Assembly (NCBI RefSeq): GCF_009914755.1
Contig: NC_060928.1
DNA length: 64,000 nucleotides
Source of the DNA: the human T2T-CHM13v2.0 reference genome, Homo sapiens
Direction: 5' to 3' (one strand)
Position 1 is the first letter of the stretch. Every line of letters begins with the position of its first letter. The position numbers and the translations under genes were made by a program. Shown piece after piece: positions 46,966 through 64,000 of the stretch. The notes beneath the pieces were generated by a model. It saw only the letters and a list, made by a program, of their open reading frames with translations. It made no database searches and was not told the origin of the DNA.

Positions 46966-49320
46966 TCATCTGCAAACGGGGGCAATTTGACTTTGTCTTT
47001 TCCTAATTGAATACCCTTTATTTCTTTCTCTTGCCTGATTGCTCTGGCCAGAACTTCCAATACCATGTTGAATAAGAGTGGTGAGAGAGGGCATCCTTGT
47101 CTTGTGCCAGTTTTCAAAGGGAATGCTTCCAGTTTTTGCCCATTCAGTATCATAGTGGCTGTGAGTTTGTCATAAATAGCTCTTATGAGATACGTTCCAT
47201 CAATACCGAGTTTATTGAGAGTTTTTAGCGTGAAGGGCTGTTGAATTTTGTCAAAGGCCTTTTCTGCATCTATTGAGATAATCATGTGGTTTTTGTGTTT
47301 GGTTCTGTTTATGTGATAGATTACATTTATTGATTTGCATATGTTGAACCAGCCTTGCATCCCAGGGATGAAGCTGACTTGATTGTGGTGGATACGCTTT
47401 TTGATGTGCTGCTGGATTACGTTTGCCCCTATTTTAGTGAGGATTTTTGCATTGATGTTCATCAGGAATATTGTTCTAAAATTCTCTTTTTTGGTTGTGT
47501 CTTTGCCAGGCTTTGGTATCAGGATGATGCTAGCCTCATAAAATGAGTTAGGGAGGAGTCCCTCTGTTTCTATTAATTGGAATAGTTCCAGAAGGAATGG
47601 TGCCAGTTCCTCTTTGTACCTCTGGTAGAATTTGGCTGTGAATCCATCTGGTCCTGGGCTTTTTTTGGTTGGTAGGCTATTACTGCCTCAATTTCAGAGC
47701 CTGTTATTGATCTATTCAGATATTCCACTTCTTCCTGGTTTAGTCTTGGGAGGGTGTATGTGTCCAGGAATTCATCCATTTCTTCTAGATTTTCTAGTTT
47801 ATTTGCATAGAGGTGTTTATAGTGTTAACTGATGATAGTTTGTATTTCTGTGGGATGGGTGGTGATATCCCCTTTATTTTTTATTGCATTTATTTGATTC
47901 TTCTCTCTTTTCTTCTTTATTAGTCTTGCTAGCAGTCTATCAGTTTTGTTGATCTTTACAAAAAACCAACTCCTGGTTTCATTGATTTTTTTAAGGGTTT
48001 TTTGTGTCTCTATCTCCTTCAGTTCTGCTCTGATCTTAGTTATTTCTTGCCTTCTGCTAGCTTTTCAATTTGTTTGCTCTTGCTTCTCTAGTTCTTTTAA
48101 TTGTGATGTTAGGGTGTTGATTTTAGATCTTTCCTTCTTTCTTTTGTGGGCATTTACTGCTATAAATTTCTCTCTACACACTGCTTTAAATGTGTCCCAG
48201 AGATTCTGGTACGTTGCGTCTTCGTTCTCACTGGTTTCAAAGAGCATCTTTATTTTTGTCTCCATTTCGTATTTACACAGTAGTCATTCAGGAGCAGGTT
48301 GTTCAGTTTCCATGTAGTTGTGTGGCTGTGAGTGAGTTTCTTAATCCGGAGCTCTAATTTGATTGCACTGTGGTCTGATAGACTGTTTGTTTTGATTTCT
48401 GTTCTTTTACATTTGCTGAGGAGTACTTTACTTCCAAGTATGTGGTCAATTTTGGAATAAGTGTGACGTGGTGCTGAGAAGAATGTATATTCTGTTGATT
48501 TGGGGTGGAGAGTTCTGTAGATGTCTATTAGTTCTGCTTGTTGCAGAGCTGAATTCAAGTCCTGGATATCCTTGTTAACCTTCTTTCTTGTTGGTAGGTC
48601 TAATATTGACAGTGGGGTTTTAAAACCTCCCATTATTGTTGTGTGGGAGTCTAAGTCTCTTTGTAGGTCTCTAAGGACTTGCTTTATGCATCTGGGTGCT
48701 CCTATATTGGGTACATATATATTTAGGATAGTTAGCTCTTCTTGTTGAATTGATCTCTTTAGCATTGTGTAATGGCCATCTTTGTCTCTTTTGATCTTTG
48801 TTGGTTTAATGTCAGTTTTATCAGAGACTAGGAATGCAACTGCTGCTTTTTTTTTTGCTTTCCATTTGCTTGGTAGATATTCCTCTATCCCTTTATTTTG
48901 AGCCTATGTGTGTCTTTGCATATGAGATGGGTCTCCTGAATACAGCACACTGATGTATGCTGCATCCAGTTTTCTAGTCTGTGTCTTTTAATTGGGGCAT
49001 TTAGCCCATTTGCATTTAAGGTTAATATTGTTACGTGTGAATTTAATCCTGTCATTATGATGTCAGCTGATCATTTTTCCCATTAATTGATGGCACTTTC
49101 TTCATAGCATCAATGGTCTTTACAATTTGGCATATTTTTGCAGTGCCTGGTACTGGTTGTTTTTTTCCAGGTTTAGTGCTTCCTTCAGGAACTCTTGTAA
49201 GGCAGGCCTGGTGGTGACAAAATCTCTCAGCATTTGCTTGTCTGTAAAGGATTTTATTTCTCCTTCATTTATGAAGCTTAGTTTGGCTGGATAGGAAATT
49301 CTGGGTTGAAAATTCTTTCC

Positions 49321-50783
49321 TAAGCCAAAAGAACAAAGCTGGAGGCATCATGCTACCTGACTTCAAACTATACTACAAGGCTACAGTAACCAAAACAGCA
49401 TGGTACTGGTACCAAAACAGAGATATAGACCAATGGAACAGAACAGAGCCCTCAGAAATAATGCCGCATATCTACAACTATCTGATCTTTGACAAACCTG
49501 ACAAAAACAAGCAATGGGGAAAGTATTCCCTATTTAATAAATAGTGCAGGGAAAACTGGCTAGCCATATGTAGAAAGCTGAAACTGGATCCCTTCCTTAC
49601 ACCTTATACAAAAATTAATTCAAGATGGATTAAAGACTTACATGTTAGACCTAAAACCATAAAAACCCTAGAAGAAAACCTAGGCAATACCATTCAGGAC
49701 ATAGGCATGGGCAAGGAATTCTTGTGTAAAACACCAAAAGCAATGGCAACAAAAGCCAAAATTGACAAATGGGATCTAATTAAACTAAAGAGCTTCTGCA
49801 CAGCAAAAGAAACCACCATCAGAGTGAAGAGGCAACCTACAGAATGGGAGAAAATTTTTGCAACCTACTCATCTGACAAAGTGCTAATATCCAGAATCTC
49901 CAATGAACTCAGACAAATTTACAAGAAAAAAACAAACGACCCCATCAAAAAGTGGGTGAAGGATATCAACAGGCACTTCTCAAAAGAAGACATTTATGCA
50001 GCCAAAAAACACACGAAAAAATGCTCATCATCACTGGCCATCAGAGAAATGCAAATCAAAACCACAATGAGATACCATCTCACACCAGTTAGAATGGCGA
50101 TCATTAAAAAGTCAAGAAACAACAGGTGCTGGAGAGGAAGTGGAGAAATAGGAACACTTTTACACTGTTGGTGGGACTGTAAACTAGTTCAACCATTGTG
50201 GAAGTCAGTGTGGCGATTCCTCAGGGATCTAGAACTAGAAATACCATTTGACCCAGCCATCCCATTACTGCGTATATACCCAAAGGATTATAAATCATGC
50301 TGCTATAAAGACACATGCACATGTGTATTTACTGCAGCACTATTTACAACAGCAAAGACTTGGAACCAACCCAAATGTTCAACAATGATAGACTGGAGTA
50401 AGAAAATGTGGCACATATATACCATGGAATACTATGCAGCCATAAAAAATGATGAGTTCATGTCCTTTGTAGGGACATGGATGAAGCTGGAAACCATCAT
50501 TCTTAGCAAACTATTGCAAGGACAAAAAACCAAACACCACATGTTCTCACTCATAGGTGGGAGTTGAACAATGAGAACACATGGACACAGGAAGGGGAAC
50601 ATCACACACCGGGGACTGTTGTGGGGTTGGGGAAGGGGGAGGGATAGCATTAGGAGATATATCTAATGCTAAATGATGAGTTAATGGGTACAGCACACCA
50701 ATATGGCACATGTATACATATGTAACAAACCTGCACGTTGTGCACATGTACCCTAAAAGTTAAAGTATAATTAAACAACAAAA
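49321..50783 (+). mobile_element. 5'-truncated L1PA4-like insert (~1.46 kb), antisense to its host
   Basis: ORF 49707..50567 is a 286-aa ORF2 C-terminus with the CWRG...HCWWDC zinc knuckle; then 3'UTR and a short A-rich tail; host ORF1 resumes afterwards. Confidence 0.95.
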
Positions 50784-52237
50784 ATGTTGACTATTGGCCC
50801 CCACTCTCTTCTGGCTTGTAGAGTTTCTGCCGAGAGGTCTGCTGTTAGTCTGATGGGCTTCCCTTTGTGGGTAACCAGACCTTTCTCTCTGGCTGCCCTT
50901 AACATTTTTTTCCTTCATTTCAACCTTGGTGAATCTGACAATTATGTGTCTTGTGGTTGCTCTTATTGAGGAGTATCTTTGTGGTGTTCTCTGTATTTTC
51001 TGAATTTGAATGTTGGCCTGCCTCACTAGGTTGGGGAAGTTCTCCTGGATAATATCCTGAAGAGTGTTTTCCAACTTGGTTTCATTCTCCCAGTCACTTT
51101 CAGATACTGCAAATCAAACGTGGATTTGGTCTCTTCACATAGTCCCACATTTCTTGAATTCTTTGTTCATTTCTTTTTACTCTTTTTTTCTGTAAACTTC
51201 TCTTCTCACTTTATTTCATTGATTTGATTTTCATATTTCATTAATTTGATCTTCAATCACTGATACCCTTTCTTCCACTTGATCAAATTGGCTATTGAAG
51301 CTTATGCATGTGTCACGTAGTTCTCATGCCATGGTTTTCAGCTCCATCAGGTCACTTAAGGTCTTCTCTACACTGTTTATTCTAGTTAGCCATTCATCTA
51401 ATTTTTTTCAAGGTTTTTAGCTTCCTTGTGCTGGGTTCAAACATCCTCCTTTAGCTCAGAGTAGTTTGTTATTACCAACCTTCTGAAGCCTACTTCTATC
51501 AACTCGTCAAAGTCATCCTCCATCCAGCTTTGTTCTGTTGCTGGTGAGGAGCTGCAATCCTTTGGTGGAGAAGAGGCCCTCTGGTTTTTAGAATTTTCAG
51601 CTTTCCTGCTCTGGTTTCTCCCAATCTTTGTGATTTTATCCAACTTTGGTCTTTGATGTTGGTGACCTACAGATGGCGTATTGGCTTGGATGTCCTTTTT
51701 GTTGGTGCTATTCCTTTCTGTTTGTTAATTTTTCTTCTAATGGTCAGGCCCCTCAGCTGCAGGTATCTTGGAGTTTGCTGGAGGTCCACTTGAGACCCTG
51801 TTGTTTGCCTGGGTATCACCAGTGGAGGCTGCAGAACAGCGAATATTGCAGAACAGCGAATATTGCAGAACAGCAAATACTGCTATCTGATATTTCTTCT
51901 GGAAGCTTTATTCCAGAGGGGCACCCGCCTGTATGAGGTGTTAGTCAGCCCCTACTGGGGGGTGTCTCCCAGTTAGGCTACATGGGGGTCAGGGACCCAC
52001 TTGAGGAGGCAATCTGTGCGTTCTCAGAGCTCAAACACCATGATGGTAGAACCACTGCTCTCTTCAGAGCTGTCAGACAGGGACGTTTAAGTCTGCAGAA
52101 GTTTCTGCTGCCTTTTGTTCAGCTATGCCCTGCCTCTAGAGGTGGAGTCTATAGAGGCAGCAAGCCTTGCGGTGCTGCAGTGGGTTCTGCTGAGTTCGAG
52201 CTTCCTGGCCACTTTGTTTACCACTCATGACTCAGCA

Positions 52238-52405
52238 ATGGCTGAAGCCCCTCCCCCTGCCAGGCTGCTGCATCACAAGTCGATCTCAGACTGCTGTGCT
52301 AGCAGTGAGCAACGCTCTGGGGGCATGGGACCCGCCAAGCCAGGCATGGGATATAATCTCCTGGTGTGCTGTTTGCTAAGACTGTTGGAAAAGCACAGTA
52401 TTTGA
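52238..52405 (+). pseudogene. L1 ORF0 homologue (antisense 5'UTR ORF), 55 aa, prematurely terminated
   Basis: MAEAPPPARLLHHKSISDCCASSEQRSGGMGPAKPGMGYNLLV... aligns by eye with ORF0 MAGAPPPASLPPCSLISDCCASNQRDSVGVGPSEPG... Confidence 0.75.
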
Positions 52406-54110
52406 GTGGGAGTGTCCCGTTTTTCCAGGTACAGTCTGTCACGGCTTTCCTTGGCTAGGAAACTGAAATCCCCCAACCCCTTGTGCTTCCGGGGTGAGGC
52501 GATGCCCCACCCTGCTTTGGCTTGCCCTCTGTGGGCTGCACCCACTGTTCAACCAGTCTCAATGAGATGAACCAAGTACCTCAGTTGGAAATGCAGAACT
52601 CACCCATCTTCTGCGTTGATCATGCTGGGAGCTGCAGATCAGAGCTGTTCCTATTTGGCCATCTTGGAATGGCCACACCCTTTGTCTCTTCTTAAAGCTT
52701 TTTTCTTGAAACCTATTTTGCCTGGTGTCAGTATAGCTACTACTGCCCTTTTCTGGTTTCCACTGGCATGGAATATCATTTTCCATCCCTTTATAGTCAG
52801 TCTAAGTGCATCTTTATAGGGCAAGTATGTTTCTTGTAGGCAACTGATCATTGGGTCTAGTTTTTTCATCCATTATGCCACTCTATATCTTTTAGAGAAT
52901 TTATTCTATTCAATGTTATTATTGACAAGTAAGGACTTACTCCTGCCGTTTTCTTATTTGTTTTCTGGTCATTTTGTGGTGTTCTTTTCTCTCTCTTTCT
53001 TTCTTTCTCTCTTTTTCTTTCTTTCTTCTTTCCTACCTGTCTTCCTTTAGAGAAGGTGAATTTCTCTCGTGACATGATTTAGTTTCTTGCTCTTTATTTT
53101 TTGTGTATTCATTTTATGTTTTTTTTGAGGTTACCATGAGGCTTGCAAATATGATTGTATAACTCATTATTTTAACCTGATAACAACTTAACACTCCACA
53201 AACAAACAAGCAAGCAAAAAGAAAACTAATAAAAACTCTATGCCTTAACTTAATCCCTCCACTTTATAACTTTGTTTTTTCTATTTGTCTTATTGTACTG
53301 TATATGCTTTGAAAAGTTGTTGTAGTTATTATATTTGATTGGTTTGTCATTTCGTCTTTCTACTTAGAGTAACAGTAGGTTACAGCATTATAAAATTTTG
53401 TATTATTCCATGTACTTACTATTATCAGTAAGTTTTGTACTTTCAGTTGATTGCTTATGGCTCATTAACATCCTGTTCTTTGTGATTGAAGTACTCCCTT
53501 TAGCATTTCTTGTAAGACAGGTCTTGTGTTGATGAAATCCTTCAGGTTTTGTTTGTCTGGAAAAGTCTTTATTTCTCTTTAGTGTGTGAAGGATATTTTC
53601 ACAGGATATGCTATTCTATGGTAAAAGTTATTTTCTTCTGGCACTTTAAGTATATCATGCCACTCTCTCCTGGTCTGTAAGGTTTCCACTGAAAAGTCTG
53701 CTGCCAAACATATTGAAGCTCCATTGTATGTTATTTTTTTTCTTTTCTCTTTCTGCCCTTAGGATCCATTCCTTATCCTTGAATTTTGGGCGTTTGATTA
53801 TTAAATGCCTTGAGATAGTCTTCTTTGGGTTAAATCTGCTTGGTGTTCTATAACTTTCTTGTATTTGGATATTGATATCTTTTGCTAGGTTTAGGAAGTT
53901 CTCTGATATTATCTGTTTCAATAAACTTTCTAATTCTGTCTCTTTCTCTACCTCCTCTTTAAGGCCAAAAACTCTTAGCTTTGCCCTTTTGAAGCTATTT
54001 TCTAGGCCCTGTAGGTGTGCTTTATTGTTTTTTATTATTTTTTCTTTTGTCTCTGCTATGTATTTTCAAGTAGCCTATCTTCAAGCTCACAAATTCTTTC
54101 TTCTGCTTGA

Positions 54111-54459
<349 letters not shown>

Positions 54460-56925
54460 GCCAATTGCATTTTTAGATCCAGAATTTTTGCTTGATTCTT
54501 TTTAATTGTTTCAATCTCTTTATTCAATTTATCTGACAGAATTCTGAGCTCCTTCTCTTTGTTACCTTGAATTTGAGTTTCTTCAACACAGCTATTTTGA
54601 ATTAGCTGTCTGAAAGGTCACATATCTCTGTTTCTCCAGAATTAGAGAATCCTGGTGGCTTATTTAGTTCATTTGGTGATGCCATGTTTTCCTAGATGGT
54701 GTTGATGCTATAGATGTTCTTTGGTGTCTGGGAATGGAAGACTTATGTAGTTATTGTAGTCTTCACTATATGGACTTGTTTGTGCCCATCTTTCTTGGAA
54801 AGGCTTTCCAGATGTTTGAAAGGACTTGGGTGTTGTGATCTAAGCTGTATCTGCTGTAAGGGGCACCCAAAGCCCAGCCATGCTGTGATTCTTGCAGACT
54901 CATAAAGGTACTGTTTTGATGGTCTTTGACAAGATCCAGGAGAATTCTCTGGATTGCCAGGCAGAGACTCTTGTTCTCTTCCCTTAGTTTCTACCAAACA
55001 AATGGAGTCTCTCTCTGTTCTGAGCCATCTAAATCTGAGGGTGAAGTGATGCAATCACCCCTGTGGCTACCACCACTGTAACTGCACTGGGTCAGACCTG
55101 AAGCCAGCACAGCACTGAATCTCACCCAATTCCTGCTGTAACAACTCCCTGGCTACTGCCTATGTTTGCCGAAGGCCTAGGGGGCTCTATAATCAGCAGT
55201 TGGCAAAGCCAGTTAGGCCTATATCCTTCTCTTCAAGGTAGCGAGTTGCCCCAGGCCCAGTTGGTTCTAGAGGTTCTGTCCAGGAGTCAAGACTAGGGTC
55301 AGAACTTTGGAATTCCACCTTGTATTCTATTGTACTGTGGCTGAGCTGGCAATGAAACCACAAAACAGTTCTTTCTACTCTTCCCTCCCCTTTCCAAAGG
55401 CAGAGAAGCCTCACCCTGTATCCACCACCACCACAGGCAATGGGGAGTTCTGCCGGACTACTGCCAATGCTCACTTAATGCCCACGGGCTCTTAAGTCAG
55501 CTTGTGGTACATGTTGCCTGGCCTGGAGCTCACCATTCAGGACAGTGGGCTCCCCTCTGGCCCCGGGCAGGTCCAGAGATGCTGTCCAAGAGTCAAGTCC
55601 TTGAATCAGGGATCCCAAGAGCCTGCTTGGTGCTCTACCTCTCTGTGGCTGTACTGGTTCCTAAGGTGCAAGAAAAAGTCCCCTTTATTTTTTCTCTGCT
55701 TTTCTCAAGCAGAAGGAGTTTTGTCCCATAGCTGCTATAGCTGGTAATGTGCTGAATCTCACCAGCAAGTCTCAGAGGCTCACCCAAGGCCCTCAGCATA
55801 GTACCTGGGTACCACTGCTGGTTGTTCAGGGCCCAAGGGCTCTTTACTTAGCAGGTGGTGAATACTGTCAGGATTGGGCCCCTCCCTCAAGACAGTGTGT
55901 CCCTTATGGCTGAGGGTGTGTCTAGAAATGTAACCTGGGATCTAGGGCCTGGAATGGGGGCCTAGTGATTCTGACCAGTGCCCCATCCTGCTGTTGAAAA
56001 GCTGGTATCCAAGATGTAAGATACATCTTGAGTCTTCCCCATTGTTCCCTCCAGGAAGAAGTGGAAGGAAGGAGCCTCTTTTGGATCTGCAAGCTGTGCA
56101 GCTTGGGGTTAGGGGAGGGGTGATTCCAGCACTCCCTTGGCTTCCCCAGCTGGTGTCTCAGTAGGTTGAGTACCTCCTCTGCCTTCCTAGTCCACTGTTC
56201 CTGGGCCCAGTTCAGCATTAGGACTTATCTAAAAATTGCAGTCCTTATGGCCTAGACTGCTTTTCATGTCTACTTAGAGCACCAGAGCACTGTAGCCTGT
56301 GGTGGTGTGGTTTGTAGGAAGTCAAGTTTGTACTGCTGGGATCAGTGAGTCACCTTTGACTAGGGCTGGTTTAAATGCTCTTTCCATTGGCAGGTATCTG
56401 CTAAGTTTGGTCTAGTTTTCCTTTCTCTTCTAATAGGACAGCAGTGAGTTCAATGCCTCACGTTTGCTGTTCTCTCCCTCCCCCAGCACCCAGAGATCCT
56501 CTGCACCATGTGGCAGCTGCCAGGGGTGGCAGAGGGGTGGTATTGGTGATTCAAGACTGTTTTTTCTATTTCTTCACTGCATCTTTCAGTGGTATGTAGT
56601 TAAATCCAGGTACTATGAGGGCTCACCTAATTTTTGTTTTTTATGAAGTTACTTCTTCTGTGTAGATAGTTGTTTAATTAGTGTCCTTGTAGGTGGGTGA
56701 TCAGTTCAGCCTTCTATTCTGCCATCTTGCTGGGCCTCCTTCCTGTTCAATTCTATTTGTATAATTTTAAACCTTGGAAATCAATTACTGGGAGAGTAGT
56801 GTTAAAAATTATAAACTTGGATTTATTTATTTCTCCCCTTAAGTCTATCAATTGTGTGTGTGTGTGTGTGTTTAAGCTGAACCTCTATTTTTGTGTATTT
56901 TAAAACTGTTTTTAGAGTGTCGCTA

Positions 56926-57065
56926 CTTAGGATCACTATGTTTTCTTAATTGATGCTGTTGTCTCATAAATGTTCTTATAACTGGTAATATTTCTTAGGA
57001 TCACTATGTTTTCTTAATTGATGCTGTTGTCATTATAAATGTCCTTATAACTGGTAATATTTCTT
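56926..57065. repeat. 68-bp tandem duplication (2 copies)
   Basis: cttaggatcactatg...ggtaatattt starts at 56926 and again at 56994, with few differences. Confidence 0.95.
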
Positions 57066-57133
57066 TTATTAAAATCTACTTTAGCTGACATTAATGTAGC
57101 TTACTTATGATTATTATGTGCATGTTTTTCAAA

Positions 57134-57757
<624 letters not shown>

Positions 57758-59153
57758 TGTTACTTTTTAATTTCTGTATTTTTATATGTAAAAATCATTT
57801 CTTATAAACAGCATGTAGTTGGATTTTTGTTTTTAATTCAGTCTGATATTTAAGTTAATTGCTTTGCCATTTTTATTTGATGTAATTATTGTTACAGTTG
57901 GGTTTAAGTCCATTACCTTAATATTCCTTTTCCATTTGTTCCATCTGTTCTTTGCTCATTTTTCCTTTTTTAATGCCTTTTTTGACTAATAAAGTAGGTT
58001 TATTATTCCATTTTATGTTCTTTTAAAAAGCTTTACTTCTTTATTGTTTATTAATTGGTTGCTTTAGGGATTACAATATTAATTTTTAACTTGTTACAAT
58101 CTTATACTTCTTCATGTGAAATGTACTAAACTTCAATGATAAATTTCCATTTACCCCTTTCATCTTTTGTGATTGTTCCCATGCATTTTACTTCTATAAA
58201 CCACTTGATGTATTATTATTTTGACTTAAACTGTAATTACTTGTCTTTTAGAGAAAACATGAAGTCTGAAATAAGTAATTTACATCTTTCCTCAATTTTC
58301 ATTTACAGTGATCTTCATTCCCTTGTGTACTTGTTTTCATCTGGTGTCATTTTTTTTCAACCTAAAGAACTTCAATATATTTTCAAGTGAAGTTCTGCTG
58401 GTGATTAATTATTTTAGATTTTTTTCTGACAATGTCTATTTTATCTTCATTTGTGAAGGATGCTTTTGTGGAATACAAACTTCCAAGTTGACTTATTTTC
58501 TTTCAGCATGTCGAAGCTGTCATTTAATTGTTTTCTGACTTGCATTTCTTCTGATAAGAAGTCATCAATAATTCTTATTGTTGCTCTTATGTATTTAAAG
58601 TCTATTTTTTTCCTTTGGTTGCTTTTAACAGTTTTGTCTTTTCCATAGTTTTCAGAAACTGACTCTGGTGTGGCTAGGTATGGTTTCCTCTGTATTTATC
58701 TTGCTTGAGTTACTTGAGATTTTTTATCTTTCTACTTATATTTTTAGCAGATTTGGAAAACGTTTACCATTGTATTATTACTATTTTGTTTTATTCCATT
58801 TCCTTTTTCTGAAACTAAAATTGCCTGTATGTTTTCCCACAGATTGCTGAGTCTCTGTTTAATTTTTAATGTTTCTTTTTGGTTTTTATATTTCCCACTT
58901 CCTCGCATGTAGAATGTTAACTGAGCTCAAAGCACCTCACTAGCTACTCTCTTGCAGGCTTCACAGGTTTCTTCCTACCTATTCACATATTAAAACACAA
59001 TTGAAGACTGTACAGGATTATGCCTCTGCCTGCATCTCCTCTCAGCTGCAACCTACTCTTAACTGTTTCTTTTCAAATATCCATTTTAATATTATTTTGA
59101 GGATAAGGAAGAGAGACTGGGGACCAATCCTCAACATTCTTAAAAAAATTTCC

Positions 59154-59435
59154 CTCACACCTGTAATCCCAGCACTTTGGGAGGCTGAGGCAGGTGGATC
59201 ACGAGGTCAGGAGATCGAGATCATCCTGGCTAACACGGTGAAACCCCATCTCTACTAAAAATACAAAAAATTAGCCGGGCATGGTGGTGGGCACCTGTAG
59301 TCCCAGCTACTCAGGAGGCTGAGGCAGGAGAATGGCATGAACCTGGGAGGGAGCTGGCAGTGAGCCGAGATTGCACCACTGCACTCTAGCCTGGGCAACA
59401 CAGCGAGACTCTGTCTCAAAAAAAAAAAAAAAAAA
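59154..59435 (+). mobile_element. AluY missing the first ~15 nt
   Basis: gatcgagatcatcctggctaacacgg; A-tail; approximate TSD aaaaaaatttcc / aaaaagattttcc. Confidence 0.93.
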
Positions 59436-61195
59436 GATTTTCCAACCCAGGATCTCATATCTAGCCACACTAAACTACCTAAGTGAAGGAGAAATAAAAT
59501 CCTTTTCAGACAAGCAAATTCTGAGGGAATTTGTTACCAGCAGGCCTGCCTTGCAAAGGCTCCTGAAGGAAGCACTAAATATGGAAAGGAAAAACTGTTA
59601 AAAGCCACTAAAAATACACACTGAAGTAAACAGACCTATCAACAAGTCTGCAAAATAACCAGCTAGCATCATGATGACAGGATCAAATTCACACAACAAT
59701 ATTAACCTTAAATGTAGATGGGCTAAATTCCCCAATTAAAAGACACACAGTGACAAGCTAGATAAAAAGAAAAGGCCCATTGATGTACTGTATTCAAGAG
59801 ATCCATCTCACATGCAAAGACACACATAGGCTCAAAATAAAGAGATGGAGGAAAATTTATCCAGCAATTGGAAAGCAGAAAAAAGCAGTGATTTCAATCC
59901 TAGTTTCTGACAAAACAGACTTTAAACCAACAAAGATAAAAAAAGACAAAGAAGGGTATTACATAATGGTAAAGGGTTCAATTCAACAAAAAGGGCTAAC
60001 TATCCTAAATATATGTGCACACAATACAGGAGCATCCAGATTTATAAAACAAGTTCTTAGAAATCTACAAAGAAACGTAGACTTCTACTCAATAATAGTG
60101 GGAGACTTTAACACCCCACTGTCAACATAACACAGATCATCGAGACGGAAAATTAACAAAGATATTCATAACTGGCTCTGGATCAAGTGGACCTGATAGG
60201 TATCTACAGAACTCTCCACCCCCAAACAATAGCATATACATTATTTTCAGCACTGCATGGCACTTACTCTAAAATTGATCACATAATTGGAAGTAAAACA
60301 CTTCTCAGCAAATGCAGAAGAACTGAATATCATAACACAGTCTCTCAGACCACAGCACAATCAAATTAGAACTCAAGACTAAGAAAGAAACTCACTCAAA
60401 ACCACACAACTACATGAAAATTGAACAACTTGCCCCTGAATGACTCCTTTGTAAGTACTGAAATTAAACCAGAAATCAAGAAGTTCCTTGAAACCAGTAA
60501 AAGCAAAGAGAAAACATACCAGAATCTCCAGAACACAGCTAAAGCAGTGTTAAGAGGGAAATTTATAGCACTAAATGCCCATATCAAAAAGCTAGAAAGA
60601 TCTCAAATTGAGATCCTAAGATCAAAACTAAAAGAACTAGAGGACCAAGGGCAAACAAACCCCAAAGCTAGCAGAAGACAAGAAATAACCAAGATCAGAA
60701 TGGAACTGATGGAGATAGAAACACGAAGACCCTTCAAAAAATCAATGAATCTAGGAGCTGTTTTTAAAAATATATTAATAAAACACATAAACCACTAGCT
60801 AGACTAATAAAGAAGAAAAGAGAGAAGAATCAAATAGACACAATAAAAAATGATAAAGGGGATCTCATCACTGACCCACAGAAATACAAACTACCATCAG
60901 AGAATACTATAAACACTTCTATGCAAATAAACTAGAAACACTGGAAGAAATGGATAAATCCCTGAACACAGAAAGGCTATTATTAAAAGTCAAAAGATAA
61001 TAGATGTTGGCTAGGTTGTGGTGAGAAGGGAACACTTATACCCTGTTAATGGGAGTGAAAATTAGTTCAACCATTGTGGAAGGCAGTATGTGATTCCTCA
61101 AAGAGTTAAAAACAGAAATACCATTCAACCCAGCAATTTCATTACTGGGTACATACTCAGAGGAATCTAGATTGTTCTATAATAAAGACACATGC

Positions 61196-63939
<2,744 letters not shown>

Positions 63940-64000
63940 AATAAAGACACTTATGTATGTTCATCACAGCACTATTCATAACAGCAAAGACATGAAATCA

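Noticed and set aside
49707-50567. Longest ORF (286 aa) as a functional gene
   Set aside because: It is the C-terminus of a 5'-truncated L1 ORF2, with an upstream stop and no promoter.
51831-51881. CRISPR-like or other spaced repeat array
   Set aside because: The units are directly tandem with no spacers, and the DNA is eukaryotic. I saw no regularly interspaced repeats anywhere in the window.

Overview
This is AT-rich, CpG-poor primate genomic DNA, most likely human because it carries an AluYc1-type element. It looks like an intron or intergenic region dominated by interspersed repeats. I recognise no intact host protein-coding gene, and almost all long ORFs are decayed LINE-1 ORF1/ORF2 or Alu read-through frames. 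Main content: a full-length L1PA7-like element (16.7-23.0 kb, minus); a nested stack at 42.3-56.7 kb (old L1MA-type element containing an MSTA solo LTR, a full-length L1PA6-like element that itself holds an antisense L1PA4-like insert, and a young AluYc1); and a second stack at 59.1-64 kb (L1PA host with an AluY and a 5'-inverted L1PB1 that contains an AluSq/Sp). There are also many older MIR, L2, MLT/ERVL LTR, Tigger and hAT relics. The strongest non-repeat signals are a near-perfect 76-bp palindrome at 29946-30021, a smaller one inside a MIR, a CTCF-like motif with a local CpG cluster and splice donor near 3.7 kb, and a few orphan exon-like segments. Subfamily names come from recalled diagnostic sequence, not from an alignment. 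I found no convincing new biological system.
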